From Spirochaetaceae bacterium (GTDB taxonomy: Bacteria > Spirochaetota > Spirochaetia > DSM-27196 > PWMO01): a DNA stretch of 63,346 nt. Both the position numbers and the translations under genes were made by a program. Positions 27,396 to 36,132 of the stretch are shown piece after piece. The notes under the pieces are model-generated. The model saw nothing but the letters and a program-made list of their open reading frames with translations. It searched no databases and was not told the DNA's origin. How positions within the stretch are numbered: the stretch's first letter is position 1; every line of letters begins with the position of its first letter. The stretch spans positions 1 through 63,346 of the forward strand of contig JBKHCS010000005.1 in NCBI GenBank assembly GCA_046541715.1, in the 5' to 3' direction.

Positions 27396-28214
27396 TTATA
27401 CACGATTCGGTGCTTTTCGTTCCCGGCCGGCGAAGAGCAGGCCACCGCAAAACAGAGCGAAGGCAATCAAGAGCGCCCCGCCGAGGCGTCGGAGAAAGGA
27501 CCCTCGAGCCGGATCCGGAGTAGCTTCTTGAGCTTTCAGAAGGATGACACCGAGAACCTCTACACTTCTCGACCGTGAAAAGCTGAGAACCGGCTGCGCG
27601 AAGTAGACTTCCGTTGCGGTCCCGGATCGCCCGGTGGGTATTTCGATTACCTGCTGAAGCGACGTCGAAACCTCGGCGAGTCGCGCGTTCCCCGCTTCGT
27701 AGAGAAGCTTGAACTCCCGGTCGAGGCGCTCGAGGCTGGATTGGTCTTCGTTCCTCCCTTCGACGACGACCTCGACAATTTCCGCACCGAGCTCCCGAAG
27801 GCGTTGTGCAGTATCGCCTACGAGGTCATTCGCCTCCTCCCGCGCGACGGAGACAAGGGGACCCAAAAGGTCGTCGAACTCCGAGGGATCCGGGAGCGCC
27901 TTGCCGGGGGTAGCATAGGAGAGCTCGAACTCCGGTAGGCGGGCGTCCCCCGGAGACCGGTAGAAGAGGAGGACCGATTCAACCTCCCGGAGGTCGTCGA
28001 CCCTGCGTCCGACCTCGAAGAGCTCGGTTCTCGAAAGCGTGGGGCGGGAGAGTATCGGCTCCGAAACGGCTGCCGTCGCCTCGAGAACGAACCGCCCCTT
28101 CTCGGTTACCTGCTCTTGGGATGCGGTCTCGACGAAGACCCGGGCCTCCTTAAAGGCGTAGGCAAGGGGTGCGAGGGGCAACAGTATCAACAGGAGGGTA
28201 AGCAGACGACGCAT
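27396..28214 (-). CDS. Hypothetical envelope protein with signal peptide and C-terminal TM anchor
   Basis: ORF trimmed to the ATG at 28214 (MRRLLTLLLILLPLAPLAYA). C-terminal LGGALLIAFALFCGGLLFAG. The alternative start at 28292 would add 26 cytoplasmic residues. No family recognised. Confidence 0.5.
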   Translation of the reverse strand: MRRLLTLLLILLPLAPLAYAFKEARVFVETASQEQVTEKGRFVLEATAAVSEPILSRPTLSRTELFEVGRRVDDLREVESVLLFYRSPGDARLPEFELSYATPGKALPDPSEFDDLLGPLVSVAREEANDLVGDTAQRLRELGAEIVEVVVEGRNEDQSSLERLDREFKLLYEAGNARLAEVSTSLQQVIEIPTGRSGTATEVYFAQPVLSFSRSRSVEVLGVILLKAQEATPDPARGSFLRRLGGALLIAFALFCGGLLFAGRERKAPNRV

Positions 28215-28290
28215 GGGGGTAAACGTAACGCTTCTTATCGACTCCTCCAATATCCCGTGTCGCTTTTTGAGATTCGTGATATAAGGTGCC

Positions 28291-29376
28291 ATGCCTCCGA
28301 CCACGCGGATTCTGCACTGCAGTGACCTCCACCTGGTTCACGCCGGAGAAGCCAAAGAATACGGTCTGGCGGTTCTTGGAGAGATTCTCGATCTCGCCCG
28401 GGAGGAGTCGGTAAGCATGGTCCTGGTGTCCGGCGACCTCTTCGACAGCCGGCGCGATTTTGAAGCGTTGCTTCCGAAAGTCGACTTTCTTCTCGGCGAG
28501 AAGCTCGAAGACGTTCCGATGGTCTTGATTCCCGGTAACCACGAGGAGCTCCTGAGAGGCTCGGGGCCTCTAAAGCCCTTATCTTCAACCCGTCAGCTCC
28601 ACATTGCCCGGGAGCTTCCCTTCGGACACCAGGTCTTCGACGGCTTCGACCTGATTACGATTCCCTTTCAGAGCGGGTACGGGGGATTCGAGGAGTGGCC
28701 GATTCCTCCGAAGGGGGACAGACCGAGGATAGTGGCCGCCCATGGGTCGGTTCTCGGTGCTTCGATACCCGAGGGCTTCGTCGAGGAGAGGGACAGCGTC
28801 CTCGACGGCGAGCTCTTTGCCCGGTGCGGGGCGGATTACGTCGCCCTCGGCCACATCCATCAAGGGCGGGAGCTCATACAGGACGGGATCCCGGTTGTCT
28901 ACCCGGGCTCGTCCCGTGTCTGGCGCCAGGGGGAAGTCGGGCCTCGGGGAGCCTACCTTATTGAGATCGGGGAAGAAGTGGCGTATTCTCGCCGGACCCT
29001 AGAGTCCGCCGGGCAGTTCCGGGAGATTCACTTGCTACTCGACGATAGTGTTTCTCAAAGAGTTGCGGAGCTCTCCCGGAACTGGAAACCGACGGATTGG
29101 GTCCACCTTTCCTTCTTGGGACTAATCAGCAGCGAAGAGGAAGCGGAACGAGAAACCGCGGGTCGCGCGGAGTCCCTCGCGGGAGTGGTTCGCCGTGTCA
29201 CCGTCGACCGAAGCGAACTCTTGGTAGTTCCGGAGGCCAAAGACTCCCCCTTGGTCGCGCGTTTTCTTTCGGAGTGGGAGCGACTCGGGGAGGAGTACCG
29301 GGGAACCGAGCTCGAAGACGCGTGGGAAGAGTCGCGGATCGTCGGGCTCGAAAAGATTGCGAGGGCTCTCGGATGA
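28291..29376 (+). CDS. SbcD/Mre11-like metallophosphoesterase nuclease (YhaO-like)
   Basis: Motifs ILHCSDLHL, VSGDLFD, IPGNHE, ALGHIHQG. Stop overlaps the next start (ATGA). Confidence 0.8.
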   Translation: MPPTTRILHCSDLHLVHAGEAKEYGLAVLGEILDLAREESVSMVLVSGDLFDSRRDFEALLPKVDFLLGEKLEDVPMVLIPGNHEELLRGSGPLKPLSSTRQLHIARELPFGHQVFDGFDLITIPFQSGYGGFEEWPIPPKGDRPRIVAAHGSVLGASIPEGFVEERDSVLDGELFARCGADYVALGHIHQGRELIQDGIPVVYPGSSRVWRQGEVGPRGAYLIEIGEEVAYSRRTLESAGQFREIHLLLDDSVSQRVAELSRNWKPTDWVHLSFLGLISSEEEAERETAGRAESLAGVVRRVTVDRSELLVVPEAKDSPLVARFLSEWERLGEEYRGTELEDAWEESRIVGLEKIARALG

Positions 29377-31616
29377 TTTCGAGAATTTTGCTCCCGAGGT
29401 ACGGCTGTTTTACCGACGCCTCCTTCGACCTCGGTCAGGTCACCGTGTTTACCGGGCCGAACGAGAGCGGAAAATCGACCATCTTCGACGCCCTCTTCGA
29501 CGCGATTACCGAAGCGCCCGGCACCCATGGCAAGGTCAAGGCGAACACAGGGCGTTACGGAAAGGAACGCCGTGTTGTCCTCGAAGGTTCCCTGCCTTCC
29601 CCGGCGATTTCCCCGGAGGAGTTTCTTTCTATCCTTGCGGTCGACTCGGGAGACCTTACGGTCCCGGAGGGACGGGGCCCCTGGCTCGACCGATTGAAGG
29701 CGCAGCTCTTTACGGATGGGGTGGATCCCGGCGGCTTAGCCAGGGAACTCGCTGCGGAGGCAACGGAGCGAAAGAACGCCCGCCATATGCGGGAGCTCCA
29801 AAGCCTTATCGAGAGGCGAGGGGAGCTCGTTGGGGCGCATCAACGAGCCCTCGAGCGGCGTAGCGAGATGGTGCGCCGGCGCAAAGAGGCGGACACAGCA
29901 GCCTCAAGGCGGGGTAGCCTTGAAGGGCGGCTGACGACGGTGGTCGCGGCCCGGAAGGCGGCCGAAACAAGCCTGGCGGCCGTCGAGCAGCAGTGGCGGC
30001 GACGACAGATTGGCCGGGCCCTCGGCGAGATAGGTGACCTTACGCGGATCGAGGGCGAGTTGGCCCAGGCTTCCCTTCCGGGTGAAGAGGCGCTTCGAGA
30101 GTTGGAGGCTCTTTCCAAGCGGCGGGACGACGCCCTATCCGCCCTCGGCGAAGGAGCCCGGGAAGTTGAAGCATTGCGCACCCGGCTCGATGAGGCGACT
30201 CTCGAGCTTACCGCCCTGGAGTCCGAAAGCGGAGCGTTGAGGCATCAGATAGCCATTGCCCAAAATCTCCGGGGCATCCTCGAGGCGCAGTACGGCTCGA
30301 GGGCCTTGATCCGAAAGACCGTTACCACCGGCGGCGGAGTCGCTTTAATACTTCTTTCGGCCGCCGGAGGGATTCTTTTTCCGGGTGGTGCCCAAACGTT
30401 GTGGCTCTCCGCAGGTGGGGTACTCCTCGGATTGCTCTTGCTGCTCCTCGGACTTCGTCGCCGGGGACCGAAGTTTGCAGACATTCGCGACAGATGGGCC
30501 GCAGCGACGGGAAAGCCTCCTCTCTCCGAAGGCGTCGAGGGACTTCGCAGGGAGCTGTCGGGAATAGAGTCGGTCTTGCAGCACCTCGAAGGGCAACTCT
30601 CCGAAGCGCGTCGCACGGTTGAACAGTGCTCCAAGAACGTGCGGGACGCCGAAACCCGGGCCCGGGAACTCGAAGAGAAGCATACCGGGGCAACGACACT
30701 CGTCGACCGATGGCTTTCCGAGCATCGCGTCTCGACACCCGGAGAGGCGGCTCGCCGTGGTCAAGAGAGGCGAGACCTCGAGCAGCGGCGCTCCCTGCTC
30801 CGGGAGCACCTCAAGCCCTGGCAGGAAGAGCTCGGGGTCAGGGACCTCGGCGCACTCCAGGAGGAGCTCCGGGCTCAACTGGGATCCCTCGATCCCTTGT
30901 CGGCCCACGGAGGGGTCGACGAATCGGACGTTCCCAACCTTCGGCGGCGTGTTGCCGAACTGGAAAGCGAGGAGCAAACTCTTAGGGAAGAGATTCGGCG
31001 GCTGGACACGGAGGAAAAGAGCAAACGCGCCACGTATTCGGAGGTCTACGCCGGACTGCCGGAGCAGATACTGGCGATTGAGCGGGAGCTCGAGGCCACG
31101 GAGTCTCGGATAGCGGAGGTTGATCGGAGACGACGCGCCTCGGCGATCGCCTCGAAGATTTTCGAGGGTCTCTCCGCCGACGCGACGATTCAGCTCGGAG
31201 GGCTTGCTCAGGAGCTTGGAACGGCGTACCGGGACATCACCGGAAGCGAGGCCCTCGTCGTCCTCGAGAGCATGGACGCCAAAGAGGCCTCGGCGGTTGA
31301 CGCGGGAGGCATAACCCGGAACATCGCGGACCTGTCGCAGGGTACCAAGGACGTGTTGATGTGGACCTTTCGCGTTGCCATGGCCAAGAAGGCGCGGCCG
31401 GAGCCGGCGATTCTAGTTCTTGACGATCCGTTTCTCGCAGTAGATAAGGGACGCATCGGAAAATGCCTTCTCCTGCTGCGGGATAGCCTTATCTCCGAAG
31501 GGTGGCAAGTCGTACTTCTTACGAAAGACCGCAGTCTCGGGGAGGCGGCGACCACATTGCATCCGAAGAGCGTCCTCTACGAGCTGAACCGTCCGGGTGC
31601 CGGTGCCGATACTTAG
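29373..31616 (+). CDS. SbcC/Rad50-like SMC-type ATPase with a transmembrane hairpin in the coiled coil (YhaN-like)
   Basis: ORF 29097..31616 trimmed to the ATG at 29373 (MISRILLPRYGCF). Walker A GPNESGKST, signature LSQGTKD, Walker B ILVLDDPF. Long heptad region interrupted by GGGVALILLSAAGGILFPGG / LWLSAGGVLLGLLLLLLGL. Confidence 0.8.
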   Translation: MISRILLPRYGCFTDASFDLGQVTVFTGPNESGKSTIFDALFDAITEAPGTHGKVKANTGRYGKERRVVLEGSLPSPAISPEEFLSILAVDSGDLTVPEGRGPWLDRLKAQLFTDGVDPGGLARELAAEATERKNARHMRELQSLIERRGELVGAHQRALERRSEMVRRRKEADTAASRRGSLEGRLTTVVAARKAAETSLAAVEQQWRRRQIGRALGEIGDLTRIEGELAQASLPGEEALRELEALSKRRDDALSALGEGAREVEALRTRLDEATLELTALESESGALRHQIAIAQNLRGILEAQYGSRALIRKTVTTGGGVALILLSAAGGILFPGGAQTLWLSAGGVLLGLLLLLLGLRRRGPKFADIRDRWAAATGKPPLSEGVEGLRRELSGIESVLQHLEGQLSEARRTVEQCSKNVRDAETRARELEEKHTGATTLVDRWLSEHRVSTPGEAARRGQERRDLEQRRSLLREHLKPWQEELGVRDLGALQEELRAQLGSLDPLSAHGGVDESDVPNLRRRVAELESEEQTLREEIRRLDTEEKSKRATYSEVYAGLPEQILAIERELEATESRIAEVDRRRRASAIASKIFEGLSADATIQLGGLAQELGTAYRDITGSEALVVLESMDAKEASAVDAGGITRNIADLSQGTKDVLMWTFRVAMAKKARPEPAILVLDDPFLAVDKGRIGKCLLLLRDSLISEGWQVVLLTKDRSLGEAATTLHPKSVLYELNRPGAGADT

Positions 31617-31625
31617 ACTATCAGA

Positions 31626-32093
31626 ATGGACCGAGGGCAACGTGTTTACTTCTTGTGCGCACTTCTCTTCTCGTTTGTTTCCGCCATGGCGCAGGGACAG
31701 TCGCGAGAGATTCGGACTCCCCTCCATTGGGCTGCCCACCATGGGTTGGTAGAGATCGCCGGGCAGCTTCTGGAGGCCGGGGCAGATATCGATTCTCCTG
31801 ATATCTTCGGACGGACCCCCCTTCATCTCGCCGTACGGCATCCTTCGATGGTCGGTTTCCTGGTTTCCGAAGGTGCGACCCTAGACCCCCGGGATCACTT
31901 ATCTAACACCCCGCTCCACGCCGCCATTTGGGTTCAGAGCGCCCGAACGGTGGAGATTCTCGTAGCCGCCGGGGCCGACGTCGACGCTCGAAATACCGGG
32001 GGCTACACCCCTTTGGACCTTGCGATCCGCAACGGTACTTCCCGGGCGAATAGGCGGCTGGTCTCCTCGTTGGTCGGCGCCGGGGCCCGGTAG
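31626..32093 (+). CDS. Secreted ankyrin-repeat protein
   Basis: Signal peptide VYFLCALLFSFVSAMAQG. Repeats TPLHWAAHHGLVEIAGQLLEAGADID, RTPLHLAV, NTPLHAAI, YTPLDLAI. Confidence 0.8.
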   Translation: MDRGQRVYFLCALLFSFVSAMAQGQSREIRTPLHWAAHHGLVEIAGQLLEAGADIDSPDIFGRTPLHLAVRHPSMVGFLVSEGATLDPRDHLSNTPLHAAIWVQSARTVEILVAAGADVDARNTGGYTPLDLAIRNGTSRANRRLVSSLVGAGAR

Positions 32094-32099
32094 GGGCGA

Positions 32100-32510
32100 C
32101 TAGACGTTCCTGATCCGCGCAAGGATAATACGGTGGGCTTCCTCCGGATCGTCGACGTCGATCAGCAACTCTTCCGTCGCGCAGAGCACGCGATCGACCA
32201 GCCGGTTAAAGGTAACCTCCGCCCCCGCCGCTTCGAGGGCGGATCTTCCGAGGTAGCTGATGGTCTCGGCGTGTACCCTGCGGATTCCGAGACGAAGAAT
32301 AAGGAGGGCGGCGGCCTTGCCTACTATGCGGTCCCGGACCGACAGGGCGCCGGGGTCTATCTCCAGGTCGCCCGGCGGATTCGAGAGAAAGCTCTCCAGC
32401 TCCAGAAGCGGATGGAGCCACTTCCCGTAGCTGGAAAATATCGGCCTGCCGTTCAGAGAGACCGTGAGACTGGGGGTTGATTCGGTAACCACGGTGGCGG
32501 AGTATAGCAA
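32100..32510 (-). CDS. DUF1893-like (TM1506-type) small protein
   Basis: Segments GRPIFSSYGKWLHPLLEL, RIVGKAAALLILRLGI and IDVDDPEEAHRIILARI match my memory of the DUF1893 family. TTG start, uncertain. Confidence 0.5.
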   Translation of the reverse strand: MLYSATVVTESTPSLTVSLNGRPIFSSYGKWLHPLLELESFLSNPPGDLEIDPGALSVRDRIVGKAAALLILRLGIRRVHAETISYLGRSALEAAGAEVTFNRLVDRVLCATEELLIDVDDPEEAHRIILARIRNV

Positions 32511-32816
32511 GGGGCTTTAAACGTGTCACGGTTTGGGTATCATTTGTCGCGAGCTGCATTGTCAAAGACCGAGCCAAAACCTTGTGGCGCCCAAGACCTT
32601 GGAGCGCATTTCCGTCCGAAATGCTCGGACCATTGCGAAAAAGCTCTACCAGGGGGCACGGATAGAGCTTGGTCCCGGTGGAATCCATCAGTTAGAGGGC
32701 CCGACAGAATGTTGGTTGGGCGGTCCGGGATCCCATCGAGAGGGTGGCAGGGGTAAATATCTCGAAACGAAGCGGGCAACTCTCTCGACAGACCGCTTAT
32801 TCCTCTGTAGCCTGCC

Positions 32817-33710
32817 GTGATGCACGACGCGAGAAACCTCCGAACAGACGGACTCCTTCTCCTTACCTCCGCTATTTGGGGCTTCGCTTTTGTCGCCCAA
32901 CGGGCGGGAATGGAGACTATCGGGCCCTTTACGTACAACGGCGTCCGCTTTCTTCTCGGAACAGTGACGCTGCTTCCCCTCTCCGTAATGATTCGCCGGC
33001 GGCCGGGAGCCGGAGGACTGAGGATACGCGACGCGCTCATTGCCGGCGTTCTTCTCTTTCTCGGCTCCTCCTTTCAGCAGGTCGGACTGGTCTACACGAC
33101 CGCCGGTAAGGCGGGCTTTATTACCGGCTCCTACGTCGTCTTGGTTCCGATTGTCGGAACCGTGGCCGGGCTATCCCGGACCGGGTTGGGACGATGGCTC
33201 GCCGTCTTTCTTGCGCTTGCCGGCCTCTACCTTCTCAGTATTCGAGAAGGGTTTACCATCGGAAGGGGGGACGCCCTGGTAGCCCTTTCGGCGGTTTTCT
33301 TTGCGCTTCATGTCCTCTACCTCGCCAAAGTAGCCCGCCGGAACCCGGTCGTGCCTTTAGCCGTCGTGCAGTTTTTTGTCACAGGAGTCTTCAGTCTCTT
33401 TTTTGCCGTTATCGTCGAGGCACCTCAAATCTCGCCGATTCTTGAAACCTGGCTTCCCATCCTTTACGGCGGCTGTTTTAGCGTAGGGATCGCCTATTCC
33501 CTCCAAGTGGTTGCCCAACGGACGGCGCATCCAACCCATGCCGCGATTATTCTGAGCCTCGAAGGGGCCTTCGCTGCCCTCGGGGGGTTCCTCCTTCTCA
33601 GCGAGCGCCTCTCGGTGCGAGAAGCGGTGGGATGCGGTGTGCTCCTTTTGGCCATGCTGCTCAGCCAACTCGCCGTACCTCGTCGGAATGAGGTGATGCC
33701 GCCGCTGTGA
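32817..33710 (+). CDS. DMT-superfamily (EamA-like) transporter
   Basis: Ten hydrophobic segments in two EamA-like halves. N-terminus LLLLTSAIWGFAFVAQRAG. GTGATG start. Confidence 0.85.
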   Translation: MMHDARNLRTDGLLLLTSAIWGFAFVAQRAGMETIGPFTYNGVRFLLGTVTLLPLSVMIRRRPGAGGLRIRDALIAGVLLFLGSSFQQVGLVYTTAGKAGFITGSYVVLVPIVGTVAGLSRTGLGRWLAVFLALAGLYLLSIREGFTIGRGDALVALSAVFFALHVLYLAKVARRNPVVPLAVVQFFVTGVFSLFFAVIVEAPQISPILETWLPILYGGCFSVGIAYSLQVVAQRTAHPTHAAIILSLEGAFAALGGFLLLSERLSVREAVGCGVLLLAMLLSQLAVPRRNEVMPPL

Positions 33711-34351
33711 CCATTCGGCAGTTTGAATCGTATGTAACGACGGTCAGACAGCTGCTTTCGGAGCCATTACCGGGGATAGAAGCACACCTTGTTATGGCGC
33801 CGGAGGGGAGGATCGGGAAGGATTACGACCCGCAGCCGAAAAATGCTCGTCGCGGGTCGGTACTCCTGCTTCTCTATCCTGCCGAGGGAGGCCCGACCAT
33901 CCCCCTTATCAAACGGAGAGAGGGCCCCTCGGTGCACTCCGGACAGATTGGGCTTCCCGGTGGGGCCCACGAGGCACCCGAGGTTTTCCCGGTCGATACG
34001 GCACTCCGGGAAACCGAGGAGGAGATCGGCATTCCGGCTCGGAAGGTTGAGGTTCTCGGCGCCCTTTCGCCCCTCTACATACCCCCGAGCAACTTTTCCA
34101 TCACGCCCGTCGTAGGGGCTCTTCGGGAGTCTCGTCCCGGGTTCGTTCCGGAGCCGGGAGAGGTCGCGGCTATCCTGCCGGTCCGAGTCGGTGTTCTTTC
34201 AGAGGGCCGCAGGATAGCGAACTTTTTGGGGAGCAGGGGGGCAGTCGTGGCCCCGTGCTACCAGGTCGGTAAGGAACTCGTTTGGGGGGCGACGGCGATG
34301 ATTCTCAGTGAGTACTTTACAGTACATATTCAGATTTTGAAGGCCTATTAG
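33707..34351 (+). CDS. NUDIX hydrolase, CoA-pyrophosphatase type
   Basis: GTGA overlap with the transporter stop. SVLLLLYP...LIKRREGPSVHSGQIGLPGG (CoAse signature) and NUDIX box GGAHEAPEVFPVDTALRETEEEIGI. Confidence 0.85.
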   Translation: MTIRQFESYVTTVRQLLSEPLPGIEAHLVMAPEGRIGKDYDPQPKNARRGSVLLLLYPAEGGPTIPLIKRREGPSVHSGQIGLPGGAHEAPEVFPVDTALRETEEEIGIPARKVEVLGALSPLYIPPSNFSITPVVGALRESRPGFVPEPGEVAAILPVRVGVLSEGRRIANFLGSRGAVVAPCYQVGKELVWGATAMILSEYFTVHIQILKAY

Positions 34352-34366
34352 AAAGTGTGTTATAAT
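34337..34366 (+). promoter_or_regulatory. Sigma70-like promoter TTGAAG-N18-(TGT)TATAAT at the NUDIX/ROK junction
   Basis: Read directly: TTGAAG 34337-34342 and extended -10 TGTTATAAT 34358-34366. It lies over the annotated GTG (34355) of the ROK ORF. Confidence 0.3.
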
Positions 34367-35590
34367 CCGTGCGTGACCCTCACATCCTCTTTAATAGCTC
34401 GACGAACATCAACGAGAATTAAGGACCTCGAAAAAGCTCGGATTTTCGGGGAGATTCTTTCATCGAACACTACCTCCCGGACACGACTCGCCCGGGAGCT
34501 GGAGCTTCGGCCAACAACGGTCTCTAACGTAATCAAGGAGCTGATCGACGACGGACTCGTCGGGGAATCGACCCGTCCTTCCGAGGGCCGCCGAGGGCGG
34601 CCCCACCTTTTGCTTCGCCCTCATCTGAACCGCTTGTCCGCAATTTCGATCTACGTCGTATCTACGGCAATTCGGGGCGCCCTGGTCAACCTCGGAGACG
34701 AGCTCGTCTCCGAGCGGAAACGACCCCTCCCGGTAGGCGCCGAAAACGACCAGATCATGGAGGCCATCTTCGATGTAATCTCGGAGCTCGCTCGGGAGGT
34801 TCCGGCTAATTCGGAGTTGGTCGGTGTCGGGCTGAGTCTTCCGGGGCGTCTCAACTCGCAACGGAGCGAGTGGTCTCAAACCAGTCGTTGGAATCGGCTG
34901 CAGGACCTCTCCTTCGAAAGCATCGAGCGTGAACTGGGGGTTCCCGTTCAGCTCTTCAACAGCATGGACGCCCAGCTCGAGTATCTTCTCAGCGCCCAGG
35001 CGTACTTGAGGCGGTCGGGTGTCATTCTGGTACACTGGGGGTTCGGCGTCGGTGCTTCCTACTCGATGGACGGAGAGGTACTCGGGGACCGGACCGGTCA
35101 TTTTGCCGAGATCGGTCACTGGAGGGTAAACCTCGGGAACGAGCGGCTCTGTGCCTGCGGCTCCGTTGGGTGCGTCGAAACGGTTTCCGCCCTCTGGTCG
35201 CTCCTTCCGGAGCTGCGGAATCGTTATCCCGGCACCCCGGAAGACGAGAATGATTTTGCGGTTTTTCTTTTGGATAATCCGATAGAAGAGGACGCGGTCA
35301 TGGACGAAGCGATCGACACCATGGCGGTGGCCCTGAGGAACCTGTATCGGATACTGTTTCCGGAGTTCATTATGGTTCACGGGCCCTTTACCAACAAGCG
35401 GACTCTGTTTACTAAACTATCCCGGCGCTTCTACCAGGAGCTCGGAACGGACCAGACACGAAGGGTTACCCTTAAGGCCCTCAAAATGGACAACCGCCGG
35501 GAGATTCTCGGAAGCTGTTATCCTTTTTTTCGTTCCGCTCTCGACCAATACCTGATTGCTCGGTGGGGAAGCGCCCAGAGACCAGAGTAG
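34355..35590 (+). CDS. ROK-family transcriptional regulator
   Basis: N-terminal wHTH TSRTRLARELELRPTTVSNVIKELIDDGLV and a ROK sugar-kinase-like domain with the zinc motif CACGSVGCVE. Start uncertain (34355 or the in-frame GTG at 34373). Confidence 0.8.
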   Translation: MCYNPCVTLTSSLIARRTSTRIKDLEKARIFGEILSSNTTSRTRLARELELRPTTVSNVIKELIDDGLVGESTRPSEGRRGRPHLLLRPHLNRLSAISIYVVSTAIRGALVNLGDELVSERKRPLPVGAENDQIMEAIFDVISELAREVPANSELVGVGLSLPGRLNSQRSEWSQTSRWNRLQDLSFESIERELGVPVQLFNSMDAQLEYLLSAQAYLRRSGVILVHWGFGVGASYSMDGEVLGDRTGHFAEIGHWRVNLGNERLCACGSVGCVETVSALWSLLPELRNRYPGTPEDENDFAVFLLDNPIEEDAVMDEAIDTMAVALRNLYRILFPEFIMVHGPFTNKRTLFTKLSRRFYQELGTDQTRRVTLKALKMDNRREILGSCYPFFRSALDQYLIARWGSAQRPE

Positions 35591-35597
35591 GCGCAAA

Positions 35598-36089
35598 ATG
35601 GCGGAAGCTCTCGGACCGAAGGACGTCGGAGAAGCCCTTCTCCGGCTTGGAAGCAATACCTCGGTCCATCATTTCGACGATCATACCACCACGTCTCAGG
35701 ACGCAGCCCGGGTTCTCGGAATTCTCCTCGGGCAGATAGCCAAGAGCATTTGCTTTCTCGGTGGTGGTGCGCCGTTCCTCGTCGTAACCAGCGGCGACAC
35801 CAAGATACTCGAAGCCCGGATTGCCAAGGCGCTTGGAATCGGTCGAAAGAAGATCAAAATCGCGAAACCCGACCAATGCGTGGAAATCTTCGGCTACCCT
35901 CCGGGCGGCGTGCCGCCGGTGGGCCTGAGAGACCCCGACATTCCGGTCTACGTCGATCGCACCTTGAACCGGTACCACGTCGTCTGGGCCGCCGGAGGCT
36001 CTCCCCACGACAATTTTCCGACCTCTTTTGACGCGCTTCTCGAGCTTACCGGGGGGACGGCGGTCGAGTGGGCGGAGGTAGTACGCTAA
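35598..36089 (+). CDS. YbaK/EbsC-type aminoacyl-tRNA deacylase domain protein
   Basis: ORF trimmed to the ATG at 35598 (MAEALGPKD). IAKSICFL...FLVVTSGDTKI...FGYPPGGVPPVG matches the YbaK/ProX editing-domain pattern. Confidence 0.7.
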   Translation: MAEALGPKDVGEALLRLGSNTSVHHFDDHTTTSQDAARVLGILLGQIAKSICFLGGGAPFLVVTSGDTKILEARIAKALGIGRKKIKIAKPDQCVEIFGYPPGGVPPVGLRDPDIPVYVDRTLNRYHVVWAAGGSPHDNFPTSFDALLELTGGTAVEWAEVVR

Positions 36090-36132
36090 CACGAATTTGA
36101 CCGGGGTGCCACTGCACGCCTACTTTAGACGG

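Noticed and set aside
32533-32820. 95-aa + ORF filling the DUF1893/EamA intergenic region
   Set aside because: TTG start without an RBS, no recognisable fold or motif, and third-position GC visibly lower than in neighbouring genes. It is kept only as an alternative explanation in the leader finding.
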